From Chlorobiaceae bacterium (GTDB lineage Bacteria; Bacteroidota; Chlorobiia; Chlorobiales; Chlorobiaceae), in assembly GCA_037134935.1 (NCBI GenBank), contig JBAXLG010000005.1, positions 1-64,000 on the forward strand: a stretch of DNA of 64,000 nt, read 5' to 3'. A model generated the notes under the pieces. That model saw only the letters and a list, made by a program, of their open reading frames with translations, was not told the DNA's origin and made no database searches. Shown piece after piece: positions 49,969 through 61,299 of this stretch. The position numbers and the translations under genes are program-made. Numbering within the stretch: position 1 is the first letter of the stretch; the number at the start of each line of letters is the position of its first letter.

Positions 49969-52629
49969 TTACAGTCCAACCTCATCACTCAACTTGAAGT
50001 TCTCCGGATCCTGTTCCAATGGCAAATGCGGCAGCAAAAAACGACCATAACTGTAAAGCTTTTCAAGATCGGGGTCTCCATAGGGAATAATCTGACTCAA
50101 GAAAGCATAGACAGTGACATAAGCCCGGAGTTTATCGCGGAATTCAGTTTGTTTTTTTTCATCAACAAGCACCTTGAAACGATCAACTGCCGGTTGCAAG
50201 TGGCGCTGCATCTGAGCGTGGTCAGAGGGATTCTGCTTTGAAACCGGACGGTAAAAAACAGCGGCAAACGCATCAACTTCATTCTGGTGATACAGCTGCA
50301 TTGCATCCAGTTCATGCTTGAGCTTCTCCAGCAAAGCCGGGTCTGAACGCTCTTGCAAGCTTGTCGCGTCGTAATATGGCTTGAACGCCTTGTAGATGGT
50401 TTCGACATCATTGACAAAATCAAGAACGAACGGAGAATCCTTTCCCGGAAACATGCGGTTAAGGCGCGACAAGGTTTGTACTGCCTGAACGCCGTCAAGT
50501 CGTTTATCAACATACATTGCAAGTAAAAGCGGCTGGTCGAACCCCGTCTGGTATTTGTTGGCAACAAGAAGTATCTGGTAATCGGGAGAGGCAAATCGCT
50601 CAGGGAGCTGTTTTTCACTGATTGACCTGCCATTGACAATATCCTTGTTCATGCGCGGTTCGGTATACTCCAACCCTGTTTCCTGATCGTGGACGGTTCC
50701 GCTGAACGCTACAAGCGGCCTGATATCGGTATACCCTTTTTCAGTTATATAGTGCTGGAATGCCTGCATGTACCTTACAGCATGGAGGCGGGAACCAGTT
50801 ACGACCATAGCTTTTGCATTCCCTCCCAGATGATGGCGGATGTGGTTGCGAAAATGTTCAATGATGACTTCGGTTTTCTGCTCAATATTGGTGGGATGCA
50901 GCACCAGAAACTTTGCCAGTGCCGTAGATGCCCTTTTTTTGGGTACATTCGGGTCATCTTCCACTGTTTTAATCAGCTTGAAGTAGGTATCGTAGGTTGT
51001 ATAATTCTGCAGGACATCAAGGATAAACTTTTCCTCGATTGCCTGCCGCATACTGTAGAGGTGAAATGGTTCCGGCTTTCCACTTGCACCAACCTGCCCG
51101 AAAAGCTCAAGCGTCTTTCCCTTTGGCGTGGCGGTGTAGGCAAAAAAACTCAAATTCGGCTGACGACCGCGTGAAGCCATAACCTGATTCAACCGATCTT
51201 CCCAATCGGCCTCTTCGTCATTCACGGCAGCAACAGCAGTCGCCCCTAATATCGCCTTGAGTTCACGGGCTGTTTCGCCTGTCTGCGAAGAGTGGGCTTC
51301 GTCAACAATCACGGCATAGCGTCGTTTTGCGATTTCTGACTCCCACTCTTTTGCCCGTAACGCAGCAGCACTGTCCGGCAAATCAAGAGTGTCAACACCC
51401 GCAACATGCATGAGTCCACGAAGGACAAACGGAAATTTCTGCAAGGTGGTCACAACAATTTTTGTTCCGTCAATCAGTGCTTCTGCAAGCTGTTTTGAAT
51501 CCTGATCAATAGCTTTTACAACACCCTGGGCATGTTCGATCTGGTAAATGGCATCCTGCAGCTGCCGGTCAAGCAGTTGACGATCGGTAATAACGATAAC
51601 GCAATCAAATACCTTTTGATCCGTATCACCATGCAAACTTGCCAACCTGTGGGCCAACCATGAAATCGAGTTGGTTTTACCGCTTCCGGCAGAATGCTGA
51701 ATAAGATAATTCATTCCCGCCCCTGCCTGGCGAGCCGCGGCAATCAGTTTTCGAGTTGCATCGAGCTGGTGATAACGAGGAAAAATAACAGTCTCCTTTG
51801 CCTGCATGCGGCTGCCACCATGCCCGTCACTCACTTTCACTTCCTTGTGTTCGACAAATAAAAAGTGACCAAGAATATCAAGAAAACTCTCCCGTTCAAG
51901 CACCTCTTCCCAAAAATAACCGGTACGGTAACCAGACGGATGCTGCGGATTACCTGCTCCGCATGTTACCTCGGCAGGATGGCTTCCACGATTAAAGGGC
52001 AAAAAGAGCGTTGCTCTACCTGCTAACAGTGTTGCCATGTTCACTTCATCACTGTCCGCGGCAAAATGAACCAGTGCCCGCTGTTTAAATTCAAAAAGCG
52101 GCGCATGGGGATGCCGGTCTTCCATGTACTGCCTGACGGCATTCCGCCAGCTCTGGCCAGTGCCGGGATTTTTCAGCTCGCAGGTAGCGACAGGAAGCCC
52201 GTTAAGTGCAAAGACCAGATCCACCGTGCTGTTATCAGCCGGATGGCAGGGCACCTGACGCGTTACCGTAAGGGAGTTCTGCCGATAATTCGAAAGCATC
52301 TCTTCGTTGAGAGCGTGAGCAGGCTTGAACCATGCGATCCGGAATGTTTTTCCATAAAACTTGAAGCCGTGGCGCAACACATGCAGCGCACCCTTTATGG
52401 CAAGCTCCTTGACCAGTGCGCTCAACACCATCTTTTCCAGATTGCCGCCATGCTGAGCAAGCATACTTTTCCAGAGCGGCTCCTGTGTTGCGGCAATAAA
52501 GGCCATGATCTGCTCGGGAAAGAGTGCAAGCTCCTTATCCCACTTGCTTACGGAACCCAGTTGCCACCCTTTTGCCTGAAGCATCTGCTCTACATAGGTT
52601 TCAAAGGCTTTTTCGCTCGTTTGTGCCAT
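49969..52629 (-). CDS. hsdR: Type I restriction enzyme R subunit (HsdR), truncated by premature stop
   Basis: An N-terminal nuclease-like region is followed by SF2 helicase motifs (DEAH-like VIVDEAHSSQ, Walker A SAGSGKT). Confidence 0.85.
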   Translation of the reverse strand: MAQTSEKAFETYVEQMLQAKGWQLGSVSKWDKELALFPEQIMAFIAATQEPLWKSMLAQHGGNLEKMVLSALVKELAIKGALHVLRHGFKFYGKTFRIAWFKPAHALNEEMLSNYRQNSLTVTRQVPCHPADNSTVDLVFALNGLPVATCELKNPGTGQSWRNAVRQYMEDRHPHAPLFEFKQRALVHFAADSDEVNMATLLAGRATLFLPFNRGSHPAEVTCGAGNPQHPSGYRTGYFWEEVLERESFLDILGHFLFVEHKEVKVSDGHGGSRMQAKETVIFPRYHQLDATRKLIAAARQAGAGMNYLIQHSAGSGKTNSISWLAHRLASLHGDTDQKVFDCVIVITDRQLLDRQLQDAIYQIEHAQGVVKAIDQDSKQLAEALIDGTKIVVTTLQKFPFVLRGLMHVAGVDTLDLPDSAAALRAKEWESEIAKRRYAVIVDEAHSSQTGETARELKAILGATAVAAVNDEEADWEDRLNQVMASRGRQPNLSFFAYTATPKGKTLELFGQVGASGKPEPFHLYSMRQAIEEKFILDVLQNYTTYDTYFKLIKTVEDDPNVPKKRASTALAKFLVLHPTNIEQKTEVIIEHFRNHIRHHLGGNAKAMVVTGSRLHAVRYMQAFQHYITEKGYTDIRPLVAFSGTVHDQETGLEYTEPRMNKDIVNGRSISEKQLPERFASPDYQILLVANKYQTGFDQPLLLAMYVDKRLDGVQAVQTLSRLNRMFPGKDSPFVLDFVNDVETIYKAFKPYYDATSLQERSDPALLEKLKHELDAMQLYHQNEVDAFAAVFYRPVSKQNPSDHAQMQRHLQPAVDRFKVLVDEKKQTEFRDKLRAYVTVYAFLSQIIPYGDPDLEKLYSYGRFLLPHLPLEQDPENFKLSDEVGL

Positions 52630-52658
52630 AGCAATGTTTTTATGTCATTCCATTGATC

Positions 52659-54002
52659 TCATGCTGTGCTCTCCCGTACATCAATTTTACCTGTAACGGC
52701 AGCGGTGATTATGGCCGTCCGATATTCCTGCAGGCTGGTGATGAGCGCTTTGACCTTTTCGACAAGCTTGTCAATCCGTCCGGTTTCACGGTCAAGGAAA
52801 TTGGCAATAGCGGTTTGTTCAGTGAATAGTGGCCAAGCAGCCCAAAACTTATAAACATCTTCTGGTGCAGCTCGTTGATGACTCCTTGTTACTGATTGTA
52901 CTTTAGAATCAAGCTCCTGACGAAACAATTCTGATTGCACAAAATAGCGCAAATAATTCAGGTCACATTTCCTTGCTTTAAGAACAACAAATTCAGTAGA
53001 ACAAAGCGTTTTTAATGCTTTAGGTTCAGCAATACATATAGTAGCTTTTCGAGGGTTTAGCTTCGAAACCAGTATGCACTTTTCTGTAATTAATTGCTTT
53101 GCACTGGCAATTGATTCACCTTCTTCAATAATACCTGTACCATATTCTTGAACTGCTGGTATCGAATAATGAAAAATATCCTCATTTCTGAATGAATCCG
53201 GCATCATTTGATTTCGGTCAGAGACAAATATGCCATCTGAGCGCTTCACTTCCCATCTTATCGGCACATCTCCCAACCACTGGACGCCGCTCTTCTTAAA
53301 ACTGGTGTGCGATTCAAGGCCATATTCGATGGCCGCATCTTCAGGTAAACCGCGAGTGACGGTGCGGGAGATGAGGGCTGAACGTTCTTCCTTGAGCAGT
53401 TCAATCAACTTCTGATTCTTTGCTGTCAACGTGTCAATCCGCCCGGTTTCACGGTCGAGGAAATCAGCAATAGCGGTTTGGTCAATTAATGGTGGCAGAG
53501 CCAGCTCAAGCGCGCCAAGTTTTTCACTTGTTAAATGAGCTATTGTTGCCTTATTGCATAAAATATCAAACCATTTTGCTCCGGCTATGTGTTGCATCAA
53601 GTATAGAAGAAATCTAACACATGTTTTTCTCTTAGCTCTCACACGATGAAGGGCATTTTGAATAATGAACGAACTGTCTATTTCATCCAATAAAGCTGCT
53701 CGCCCAACATCACCACCTTCGCAGATAAGAAGATCGCCTTTTTGTACTGAGTATTTCTGTATATCATTTGTTGACGCCCACATAATTGGTGGCTCATCGT
53801 ATTTTATTTTATTCCAATGAACATGCTGAGCTTTTAGATATTTAACTTCAACATCACTTTCATTATATGGTTCAGGTTGCAGCATTTTACCAAGTTGCAG
53901 ATCATAATAAAACTTGATTTTTGTTACCAGCCAATGTTCCGGCACTTCTCCCAACCACTGAACGCCGCTCTCCTTATATTTCGGATAGGGTGCCCAGTTC
54001 AT
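52659..54002 (-). CDS. hsdS: Type I R-M specificity subunit HsdS (two target-recognition domains)
   Basis: It has duplicated TRDs and two conserved repeats (…RIDTLTAKNQKLIELLKEERSALI… / …RIDKLVEKVKALITSLQEYRTAII…). It has a 4-bp overlap with hsdM. Confidence 0.85.
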   Translation of the reverse strand: MNWAPYPKYKESGVQWLGEVPEHWLVTKIKFYYDLQLGKMLQPEPYNESDVEVKYLKAQHVHWNKIKYDEPPIMWASTNDIQKYSVQKGDLLICEGGDVGRAALLDEIDSSFIIQNALHRVRAKRKTCVRFLLYLMQHIAGAKWFDILCNKATIAHLTSEKLGALELALPPLIDQTAIADFLDRETGRIDTLTAKNQKLIELLKEERSALISRTVTRGLPEDAAIEYGLESHTSFKKSGVQWLGDVPIRWEVKRSDGIFVSDRNQMMPDSFRNEDIFHYSIPAVQEYGTGIIEEGESIASAKQLITEKCILVSKLNPRKATICIAEPKALKTLCSTEFVVLKARKCDLNYLRYFVQSELFRQELDSKVQSVTRSHQRAAPEDVYKFWAAWPLFTEQTAIANFLDRETGRIDKLVEKVKALITSLQEYRTAIITAAVTGKIDVRESTA

Positions 54003-56122
54003 ACGGTTACCTCACTGAGGAGCGAGAGAATTTCATCTTCAAGTCCTTTGATTTCGCTCTTGATTTCCTCTAATGGACGGGGAGGTTCATAACGGTAGAA
54101 CTGACGATTCAACGGAATTTCATAACCGGTCTTGGTTTTGGAGTGGTCAATCCATGCATCGGGCAGATGAGGCAGCACTTCACGGGTAAAATATTTTTCA
54201 ATAAGCTCTTTCAATGGAATCGATTCTGTATCGCGAAGGTCAGCATCCGGTTCGGGATTACCCTGTCTGTCTCGGCAGATTTCAGCTGCCGGGTCTCGTT
54301 CGCCGAGGGCGTCGATGACGGCCTTGAGTTCGGAAGCCGAGAGTCGAACATCGTTAGCGCGGTCAATTTCTCGCAGATGAAGCAGAAACTCCTTGCGATC
54401 CATGAAGAGGGTTTCGCCATGCTTTGCAGCAAACGCGGCAAGCAGGTCAAGGATCTGCTGCTGGCGCTGATGGCCTGCTGCTCTCTCTTGCTGGCGAACT
54501 GTTTCGTTTTTCTTGCTGCTGCTTGCGATGTTTTTAAATGCTGCAAGCTCTTCCAGTCGCTCAATGCGTACCGGTGTTGCCTGAAAATTAAGCCGTAATG
54601 GCCGTTCAACCGTGATTTTATGATATCCGAACTTTTCGTTGTCGAAAATTCTACTGACTACAAGTTCTTTTTCTTTTCCATCAAGAGTAAAACGACGAGT
54701 TTCACCATCACTGAAATTGGCGTAGATACGAGTAATGTCGGAAATATAATCAGGGTCATTTGGTTTCTCATCGGTCGGGTCACCGATGCGGCGGCGCTTG
54801 TTGCCGAGTGATTTTTCCATTTGAACCCAGAAGTTGCGGGCATCGATAAGCTGAACCTTTTTCCTGCGCTCCGGTTCCTTGCGGTTTGTAACAATCCAGA
54901 TATAGGTTGAAATGCCGGTATTGTAAAAGAGCTGTTCAGGCAACGCGACAATGGTTTCCAGCCAGTCGTTTTCAATGATCCATCTCCTTATTTCCGATTC
55001 TCCACTCCCTGCGTCACCATTAAACAAGGGGGAGCCGTTGAAGACAATAGCGATACGGCTGCCGCCTTTATCTTCTGACCGCATTTTTGAAATCATGTGC
55101 TGCAGAAAGAGAAATGCACCGTCATTGATACGCGGTGTTCCTGCACCGAAACGTCCTGCATACCCGAGGGTGTCGGCTTCATTAAGAATGTACCGCTGCT
55201 GCTGTTTCCACTCTACCCCGAAAGGTGGATTTGCAAGCATGTAATCGAATGTCCATTTGTTCCCTTCGCTGTCAAGCCTGAACCCGTCGTTGGAAAAGGT
55301 GTCGCCAAGAATAATGTTGTCGGCCTCTTCTCCCTTGATCAGCATGTCTGATTTGCATACAGCCCAGGCTTCGTCGTTCCAGTCCTGGCCAAAAAGTTTC
55401 AGTTGGGCATCGGCATTGAGCTCTTTGATATATTGTTCTGCAACAGAGAGCATGCCTCCTGTTCCGCAGGCGGGATCGTAGATGGTTTTGACCACATAGC
55501 TTCTTGCGAGGTCTTTTTCCGGTGCCAGCAGCAGGTTGACCATGAGCTTGATCACTTCTCGGGGGGTGAAGTGCTCTCCTGCTTCTTCGTTTGATTGCTC
55601 TGCACCGATACGGATCAGTTCTTCAAACACATAGCCCATCTGCGTGTTATCGACTCGTTGCGGCGAGAGATCAACCGTTGAGAACCTTTTGACCACTTCA
55701 AAAAGAATATTCTTCTCTGCCATGTGCGCAATCTGCTCACTGAACTTGAACTTCTCCATGATAGCGCGAACATTGGGCGAGAATGCGTTGATATAGCTGT
55801 TCAAGTTTGGCCCGAGATTGTTCGGGTCATTGAGAAGTGAATAGTCAGCGTTCTCGTTGAATTGCATTTTTGAAAGGTTGTAAAACCGGTGGCCAGTGAT
55901 GTTCTGTAAACTGGCCTGTATAACTCTTTCAGGTTTTATTTTGAGTGCTTTGTGTGCTTCAAGAACAGCTGCTTTGGTTGGGGCAAGAAGAGAGTCGAAG
56001 CGTTTTAAAATTGTCAGCGGCAAAATCACTTTACGATATTCATTGCGCTTGTAGGGTTCGCGAAGCAGATTGCATATATCCCAAATAAAGGCGGCTATTT
56101 GGTGGTGGGTTTCGCCGTTCAT
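53999..56122 (-). CDS. hsdM: Type I R-M N6-adenine DNA methyltransferase HsdM
   Basis: It has the HsdM N-domain, motif I (DPACGTGGML) and motif IV (NPPFG). Confidence 0.9.
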   Translation of the reverse strand: MNGETHHQIAAFIWDICNLLREPYKRNEYRKVILPLTILKRFDSLLAPTKAAVLEAHKALKIKPERVIQASLQNITGHRFYNLSKMQFNENADYSLLNDPNNLGPNLNSYINAFSPNVRAIMEKFKFSEQIAHMAEKNILFEVVKRFSTVDLSPQRVDNTQMGYVFEELIRIGAEQSNEEAGEHFTPREVIKLMVNLLLAPEKDLARSYVVKTIYDPACGTGGMLSVAEQYIKELNADAQLKLFGQDWNDEAWAVCKSDMLIKGEEADNIILGDTFSNDGFRLDSEGNKWTFDYMLANPPFGVEWKQQQRYILNEADTLGYAGRFGAGTPRINDGAFLFLQHMISKMRSEDKGGSRIAIVFNGSPLFNGDAGSGESEIRRWIIENDWLETIVALPEQLFYNTGISTYIWIVTNRKEPERRKKVQLIDARNFWVQMEKSLGNKRRRIGDPTDEKPNDPDYISDITRIYANFSDGETRRFTLDGKEKELVVSRIFDNEKFGYHKITVERPLRLNFQATPVRIERLEELAAFKNIASSSKKNETVRQQERAAGHQRQQQILDLLAAFAAKHGETLFMDRKEFLLHLREIDRANDVRLSASELKAVIDALGERDPAAEICRDRQGNPEPDADLRDTESIPLKELIEKYFTREVLPHLPDAWIDHSKTKTGYEIPLNRQFYRYEPPRPLEEIKSEIKGLEDEILSLLSEVTV

Positions 56123-56720
56123 TCTCTTGATTGTTATTAATGGGGTTAGGGCATTACACGTGCACTGTCAAGATTTTGTAGTGCAAAACTTTAACTAATA
56201 TACAAGTACCGATAACCCTCAACAAGAGAGGGGAGAGGTTTAAAATAAATAAAACTCCATTGCTATGGTACTTCCAATGATGGCTACCTTACGAATAAAA
56301 GGGTTAATGCCTTGGTCGTTACAACACAGGATTAATCAATACCATACTTTTTTTACCATCAATACCTATTGATGTCGCAGCAATAACTTTCAGAACATAT
56401 ATCATGGGATAATATAGAAGTGTCCTTTATTGATTACACTTGCATTTTTGCTTTTTTTCCCGCCGTAAATCTTTCGGCACCCTGCTATATACCAGGCTTT
56501 ACATCATGAGTGAATAGCAAAAAAAAGCAAGTGCTGATTTCTACACTATTTTTCCAAAAAAAGTGCTAAAATACAATTTTATACATAAATGTATTTATTT
56601 TTTTATATACTATCGTTAAGAGTCCTTTTTATTTAAGGTTTATTGCTTTTATTATTTAAATAAATTTTGAAAACATCTATTAAGCGCTGGCAGTGCCTTG
56701 TTGACTGAAAAACTACCATT

Positions 56721-57881
56721 ATGTATATAAGTAGCGCTATTCCATTACAACCAACTCTTATTAGCCCCTGGATCATTGATACAACGCTGAGAGATGGGGA
56801 GCAGGCTCCGGGTATTGTGTTCAGCAGCGGGGAGAAAATAGAGATTGCCTCGCTCCTTGCCGATGCCGGCATCAGTGAACTTGAGGTGGGTTATCCCGCT
56901 ATAAGCGAAGACGAACGGGAGACCATCAAGCAGATCGTTGCTTTGAATCTGCCAGCCCGCCTTACCTGCTGGGCCAGAGCAAAATGGCAGGATATTGAAG
57001 AAGCGTGCATGTGCGGCACTGAAGCTGTTCATATCAGTTTTCCCCTTTCACAGCTCTATCTGCAGCTTATGGAAAAAGAGTATGCATGGGTGTATCGGCA
57101 GTTGCAGGAGCTTATCCCGAGAGCAAAACAATATTTCAAATTTGTCAGTGTTGGCGCGCAGGATGCAACAAGGGCTGAACCTGAATTGCTTGAACGGTTT
57201 ATGCTTGATGCTGAACAGTGCGGTGCAGACAGAGTGCGGATTGCCGATACTGTGGGTATTGCTACGCCAATGTCGGTGATTACTCTTGTTCACCGCCTGA
57301 AATCAGTAAGTTCGGTGGCGCTTGAATTTCATGCGCACAACGATCTTGGTATGGCTACAGCAAATGCCTTTACTGCTCTTGAAGCCGGATGCAATGCGGT
57401 GAGTGTATCGGTAACGGGGATTGGTGAGCGGGTTGGAAATGCTGCGCTTGAAGAGCTGGCAATAGCATTGAAGCTTTCCGGAAAGTATGAAACCGGCATT
57501 GATATACGGAAGCTTTCGGGGCTCTGCGAATCAGTCAGTAAAGCTTCGGGAAGAGTCATTCAGGATCAGAAGCCTGTTGTCGGCAAAGCGGCATTTCAGC
57601 ATGAATCAGGCATTCACTGTGCGGCACTATTGAAGCACCCGCTCTCTTATCAACCGTTTCTTCCGGATCAGGTAGGATGTGAACGGCAAGATTTTGTGAT
57701 TGGTAAACATTCCGGTACGGCATCTCTGCAGCATTATTATTCTGATAGAGGGATCCATATAACAAGGGGTGAGGCAAATAAGCTGCTTGCAATTGTCCGG
57801 ACAACAGCCAATGAAAAGAAAAGGGCATTGCTGCCGGGTGAACTTGACCGCATTTACCAAACTCTTCCAGTAAAAAAATGA
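56721..57881 (+). CDS. nifV: Homocitrate synthase
   Basis: It has the HMGL-like TIM barrel (IIDTTLRDGEQAPG…HAHNDLGMATAN). Its location is immediately upstream of nifA/nifH. Confidence 0.8.
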   Translation: MYISSAIPLQPTLISPWIIDTTLRDGEQAPGIVFSSGEKIEIASLLADAGISELEVGYPAISEDERETIKQIVALNLPARLTCWARAKWQDIEEACMCGTEAVHISFPLSQLYLQLMEKEYAWVYRQLQELIPRAKQYFKFVSVGAQDATRAEPELLERFMLDAEQCGADRVRIADTVGIATPMSVITLVHRLKSVSSVALEFHAHNDLGMATANAFTALEAGCNAVSVSVTGIGERVGNAALEELAIALKLSGKYETGIDIRKLSGLCESVSKASGRVIQDQKPVVGKAAFQHESGIHCAALLKHPLSYQPFLPDQVGCERQDFVIGKHSGTASLQHYYSDRGIHITRGEANKLLAIVRTTANEKKRALLPGELDRIYQTLPVKK

Positions 57882-57900
57882 TAATTATATCTTAAGCACC

Positions 57901-59511
57901 ATGCTTATAGCTCAGGAACAGGATTATAGCAGTATTAACCTGCTTGCCGAGGTTAGCAGAACAATCACCAATGAAAATGATATCAACAAGGTGTTACGGC
58001 TTGTTCTTTTCATCATGTCTGAACATATGGATATGCTTCGAGGTATGATTACCATTCTTAACCGAGATACTGGTGAAATTGTGATTAATGAATCGTTTGG
58101 ACTGACAACAGAAGAAAAAGAGAGGGGGCGATACCGGATTGGTGAAGGTGTTATAGGCAAAGTTGTCAAAACTGGTAAGGCTGTGATTGTTCCAAATATT
58201 AACAATGAGCCTCTTTTTCTTGATCGTACCAAATCGCGGGCGAAGGTAAAAAAAGAGGACCTTTGCTTTATCTGTATTCCTATTAAAGCGGGCACTGAAA
58301 TTATTGGAACATTGAGTGCTGACCGTCAGATTGAGCCTTTACAGAGGCATAAAAAAGCAAAAGCTGATGACAAGCAAATGGATATGCTTCAACACTATGT
58401 TGACCAGCTTTCCATTATAGCAGCCATGATTTCTCAGACAATCCGCCTCAAGCAGCTTGCGCAGGAAGAGAGTTCAAAAAAAACTTCGGAAGAAAATTAT
58501 CCAGTTCAGAAGCGCACTGCTGTGGCGCATGATGAAGAAAGTATTCCGGAAGCTGAAAGACCGGCAAATATTATCGGAAACACAAAGCCGGTCATAGCGT
58601 TGTTTAAAATGATAGACAAGATTGCCAAAACCAATGCGACAACCCTTGTATTGGGAGAGAGTGGCGTTGGAAAAGAGCTGGTAGCCAGTGCCATTCATTT
58701 TAAGAGTCACAGGTCAGGAAAGCCGTTCATTAAGTTTAACTGTGCTGCATTGCCGGAAAATATTATTGAGAGTGAACTGTTCGGGCATGAAAAAGGATCG
58801 TTTACTGGTGCTTTGGCAACACGGCATGGAAGATTTGAACTTGCACATACCGGCACAATCTTTCTTGATGAAATCGGCGAACTCAGTCTGCCGATTCAGG
58901 CGAAACTGCTTAGGATCATACAGGAAAAAGAGTTTGAACGGGTAGGAGGCTCAAAAACTCTTACCGTTGATGTACGGATCATTGCAGCAACAAACCGTAA
59001 TCTCGAAGAGTTGATCCGTACAGGTCTTTTCCGTGAGGATCTCTATTATAGGCTCAATATTTTTCCTATTACTGTTCCGCCGCTACGGGAACGCAAAACC
59101 GATATTCTGTTGCTTGCAGATTATTTTGTTGAAAAGTACAATAAGGCAAATCATAAGGGTGTTCGGCGAATTTCGACAACATCTATTGACATGCTTATGC
59201 GCTATCACTGGCCGGGAAACATTCGCGAACTTGAAAACTGTATCGAAAGGGCTGTTATACTGAGCGAAGACAACGTTATTCACGGCTATCATCTTCCTCC
59301 GACGCTGCAGACCGCAGAATCGAGCGGCACCCCTTATACAGGTTCATTGCAGCAGAAACTGGATGCGATAGAACAAGAGATGATCATGGAGGCAGTGAAA
59401 CGTACCAAAGGCAACCTGTCGCGAGCGGCTTTACAGCTTGGCCTTTCAGACAGGATTATGGGGCTTCGTATAAAGAAGTTCAATATCGATTACCGGCAAT
59501 TCCGCCCTTGA
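57901..59511 (+). CDS. nifA: Sigma-54-dependent nif-specific transcriptional activator NifA
   Basis: It has a GAF N-domain, an AAA+ sigma-54 interaction domain (GESGVGKE, GAFTGA-like ESELFGHEKGSFTGA) and a C-terminal HTH. The context is nif. Confidence 0.8.
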   Translation: MLIAQEQDYSSINLLAEVSRTITNENDINKVLRLVLFIMSEHMDMLRGMITILNRDTGEIVINESFGLTTEEKERGRYRIGEGVIGKVVKTGKAVIVPNINNEPLFLDRTKSRAKVKKEDLCFICIPIKAGTEIIGTLSADRQIEPLQRHKKAKADDKQMDMLQHYVDQLSIIAAMISQTIRLKQLAQEESSKKTSEENYPVQKRTAVAHDEESIPEAERPANIIGNTKPVIALFKMIDKIAKTNATTLVLGESGVGKELVASAIHFKSHRSGKPFIKFNCAALPENIIESELFGHEKGSFTGALATRHGRFELAHTGTIFLDEIGELSLPIQAKLLRIIQEKEFERVGGSKTLTVDVRIIAATNRNLEELIRTGLFREDLYYRLNIFPITVPPLRERKTDILLLADYFVEKYNKANHKGVRRISTTSIDMLMRYHWPGNIRELENCIERAVILSEDNVIHGYHLPPTLQTAESSGTPYTGSLQQKLDAIEQEMIMEAVKRTKGNLSRAALQLGLSDRIMGLRIKKFNIDYRQFRP

Positions 59512-59997
59512 TGGATGGAATTGCCCGATATCTGGATGTTTGACTCATTTCGGCATACCGATCTTTTCCTGGCTGAGTCAGGGAACGTCCTTTAAATCAA
59601 TCATTCCTTTAACCTGGGAGCCATTGCGTCCACCGGCAATTGAGCCGGTTGCTGTCTGAAGACTCAATATCCAGGTAATGGCAAACTCACCTGCGGAGCA
59701 TTTGTGCGGCGCTCAAAAAGTTTTGAGCGGTTCTGCCGCATAAGCCCTTTTTCAAGTATTGTTCGTCACGCAAAGAGAGAATACTTTTTCGCACCACAAT
59801 CCCTACAAAAATGTATGAATCTTAAGTTTTCTACAGAAATGTATCCGTTTTTTTAGCGTAAGAAGTGTTGCTGTCTAAAAAAATTAACTTTTTAGTGAGA
59901 ACGTGGATTTTTTTAGAGGGATAAACTCCTTTATCCATGCGGATATGATGCCATTTTCATTTCGGTATCAAAATTATTAGACCGGAAATATCAGGTT

Positions 59998-60013
59998 TGG
60001 CACAAATATTGCT
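59998..60013 (+). promoter_or_regulatory. Sigma-54 (-24/-12) promoter for nifH
   Basis: TGGCACaaataTTGCT is a perfect match to TGGCAC-N5-TTGCW. It lies 89 nt upstream of the nifH ATG. Confidence 0.8.
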
Positions 60014-60074
60014 GAATTAAAGTATAACTGTTTAGGTGAATAAACATTATACCTGAATAGTTTTTGGCGATTGA

Positions 60075-60926
<852 letters not shown>

Positions 60927-60945
60927 AAAAACGGAGAACACACAT

Positions 60946-61299
60946 ATGTTAATGATTAGAGCCATTGTCAGACCGGAAAAAGTATACGCCGTCTTACAGG
61001 GACTGCTTGATGCAGGCTACACCGCAGTAACAAAAATTTCAGTTGTCGGACGAGGCAAACAACGTGGTCTGCTTGTTGGTGACGTCGTGTATGATGAAAT
61101 CCCTAAAGAGATGTTGTTTACGGTAGTCTCTGATATGGATAAGGATTTTGTGATCAGAGCAATTCTTGATAATGCGAAATCAGGGCCTGAAGGAAAATTC
61201 GGCGATGGAAAGATTTTTGTTTCAGCCGTTGAAGAAGTTTATACCATCAGCTCTGGTGAAAGAGAGACCGAAACGTTGAGTATTGCGAAGGAGGCTTGA
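60946..61299 (+). CDS. nifI1: P-II nitrogen regulatory protein NifI1
   Basis: It is a GlnB-like ~117-aa protein between nifH and nifD. The start ATG is 60946, with an SD (ACGGAGA) upstream. Confidence 0.85.
   Translation: MLMIRAIVRPEKVYAVLQGLLDAGYTAVTKISVVGRGKQRGLLVGDVVYDEIPKEMLFTVVSDMDKDFVIRAILDNAKSGPEGKFGDGKIFVSAVEEVYTISSGERETETLSIAKEA

Noticed and set aside
50097-50639. 180-aa minus-strand ORF and 161-aa plus-strand ORF (50689-51174) inside hsdR
   Set aside because: They are alternative-frame or antisense ORFs within the HsdR helicase region. HsdR motifs are continuous in the annotated frame.
56650-56680. Possible sigma-54 promoter (ctGGCAGtgcctTGTTG) upstream of nifV
   Set aside because: The -12 GC element is missing at the correct spacing. 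It is only a partial match, unlike the perfect nifH promoter.
59760-59990. NifA upstream activator sequence TGT-N10-ACA ahead of the nifH promoter
   Set aside because: I scanned both strands by eye. Only non-canonical spacings (TGT-N4-ACA, TGT-N17-ACA) were found, so no UAS is claimed.
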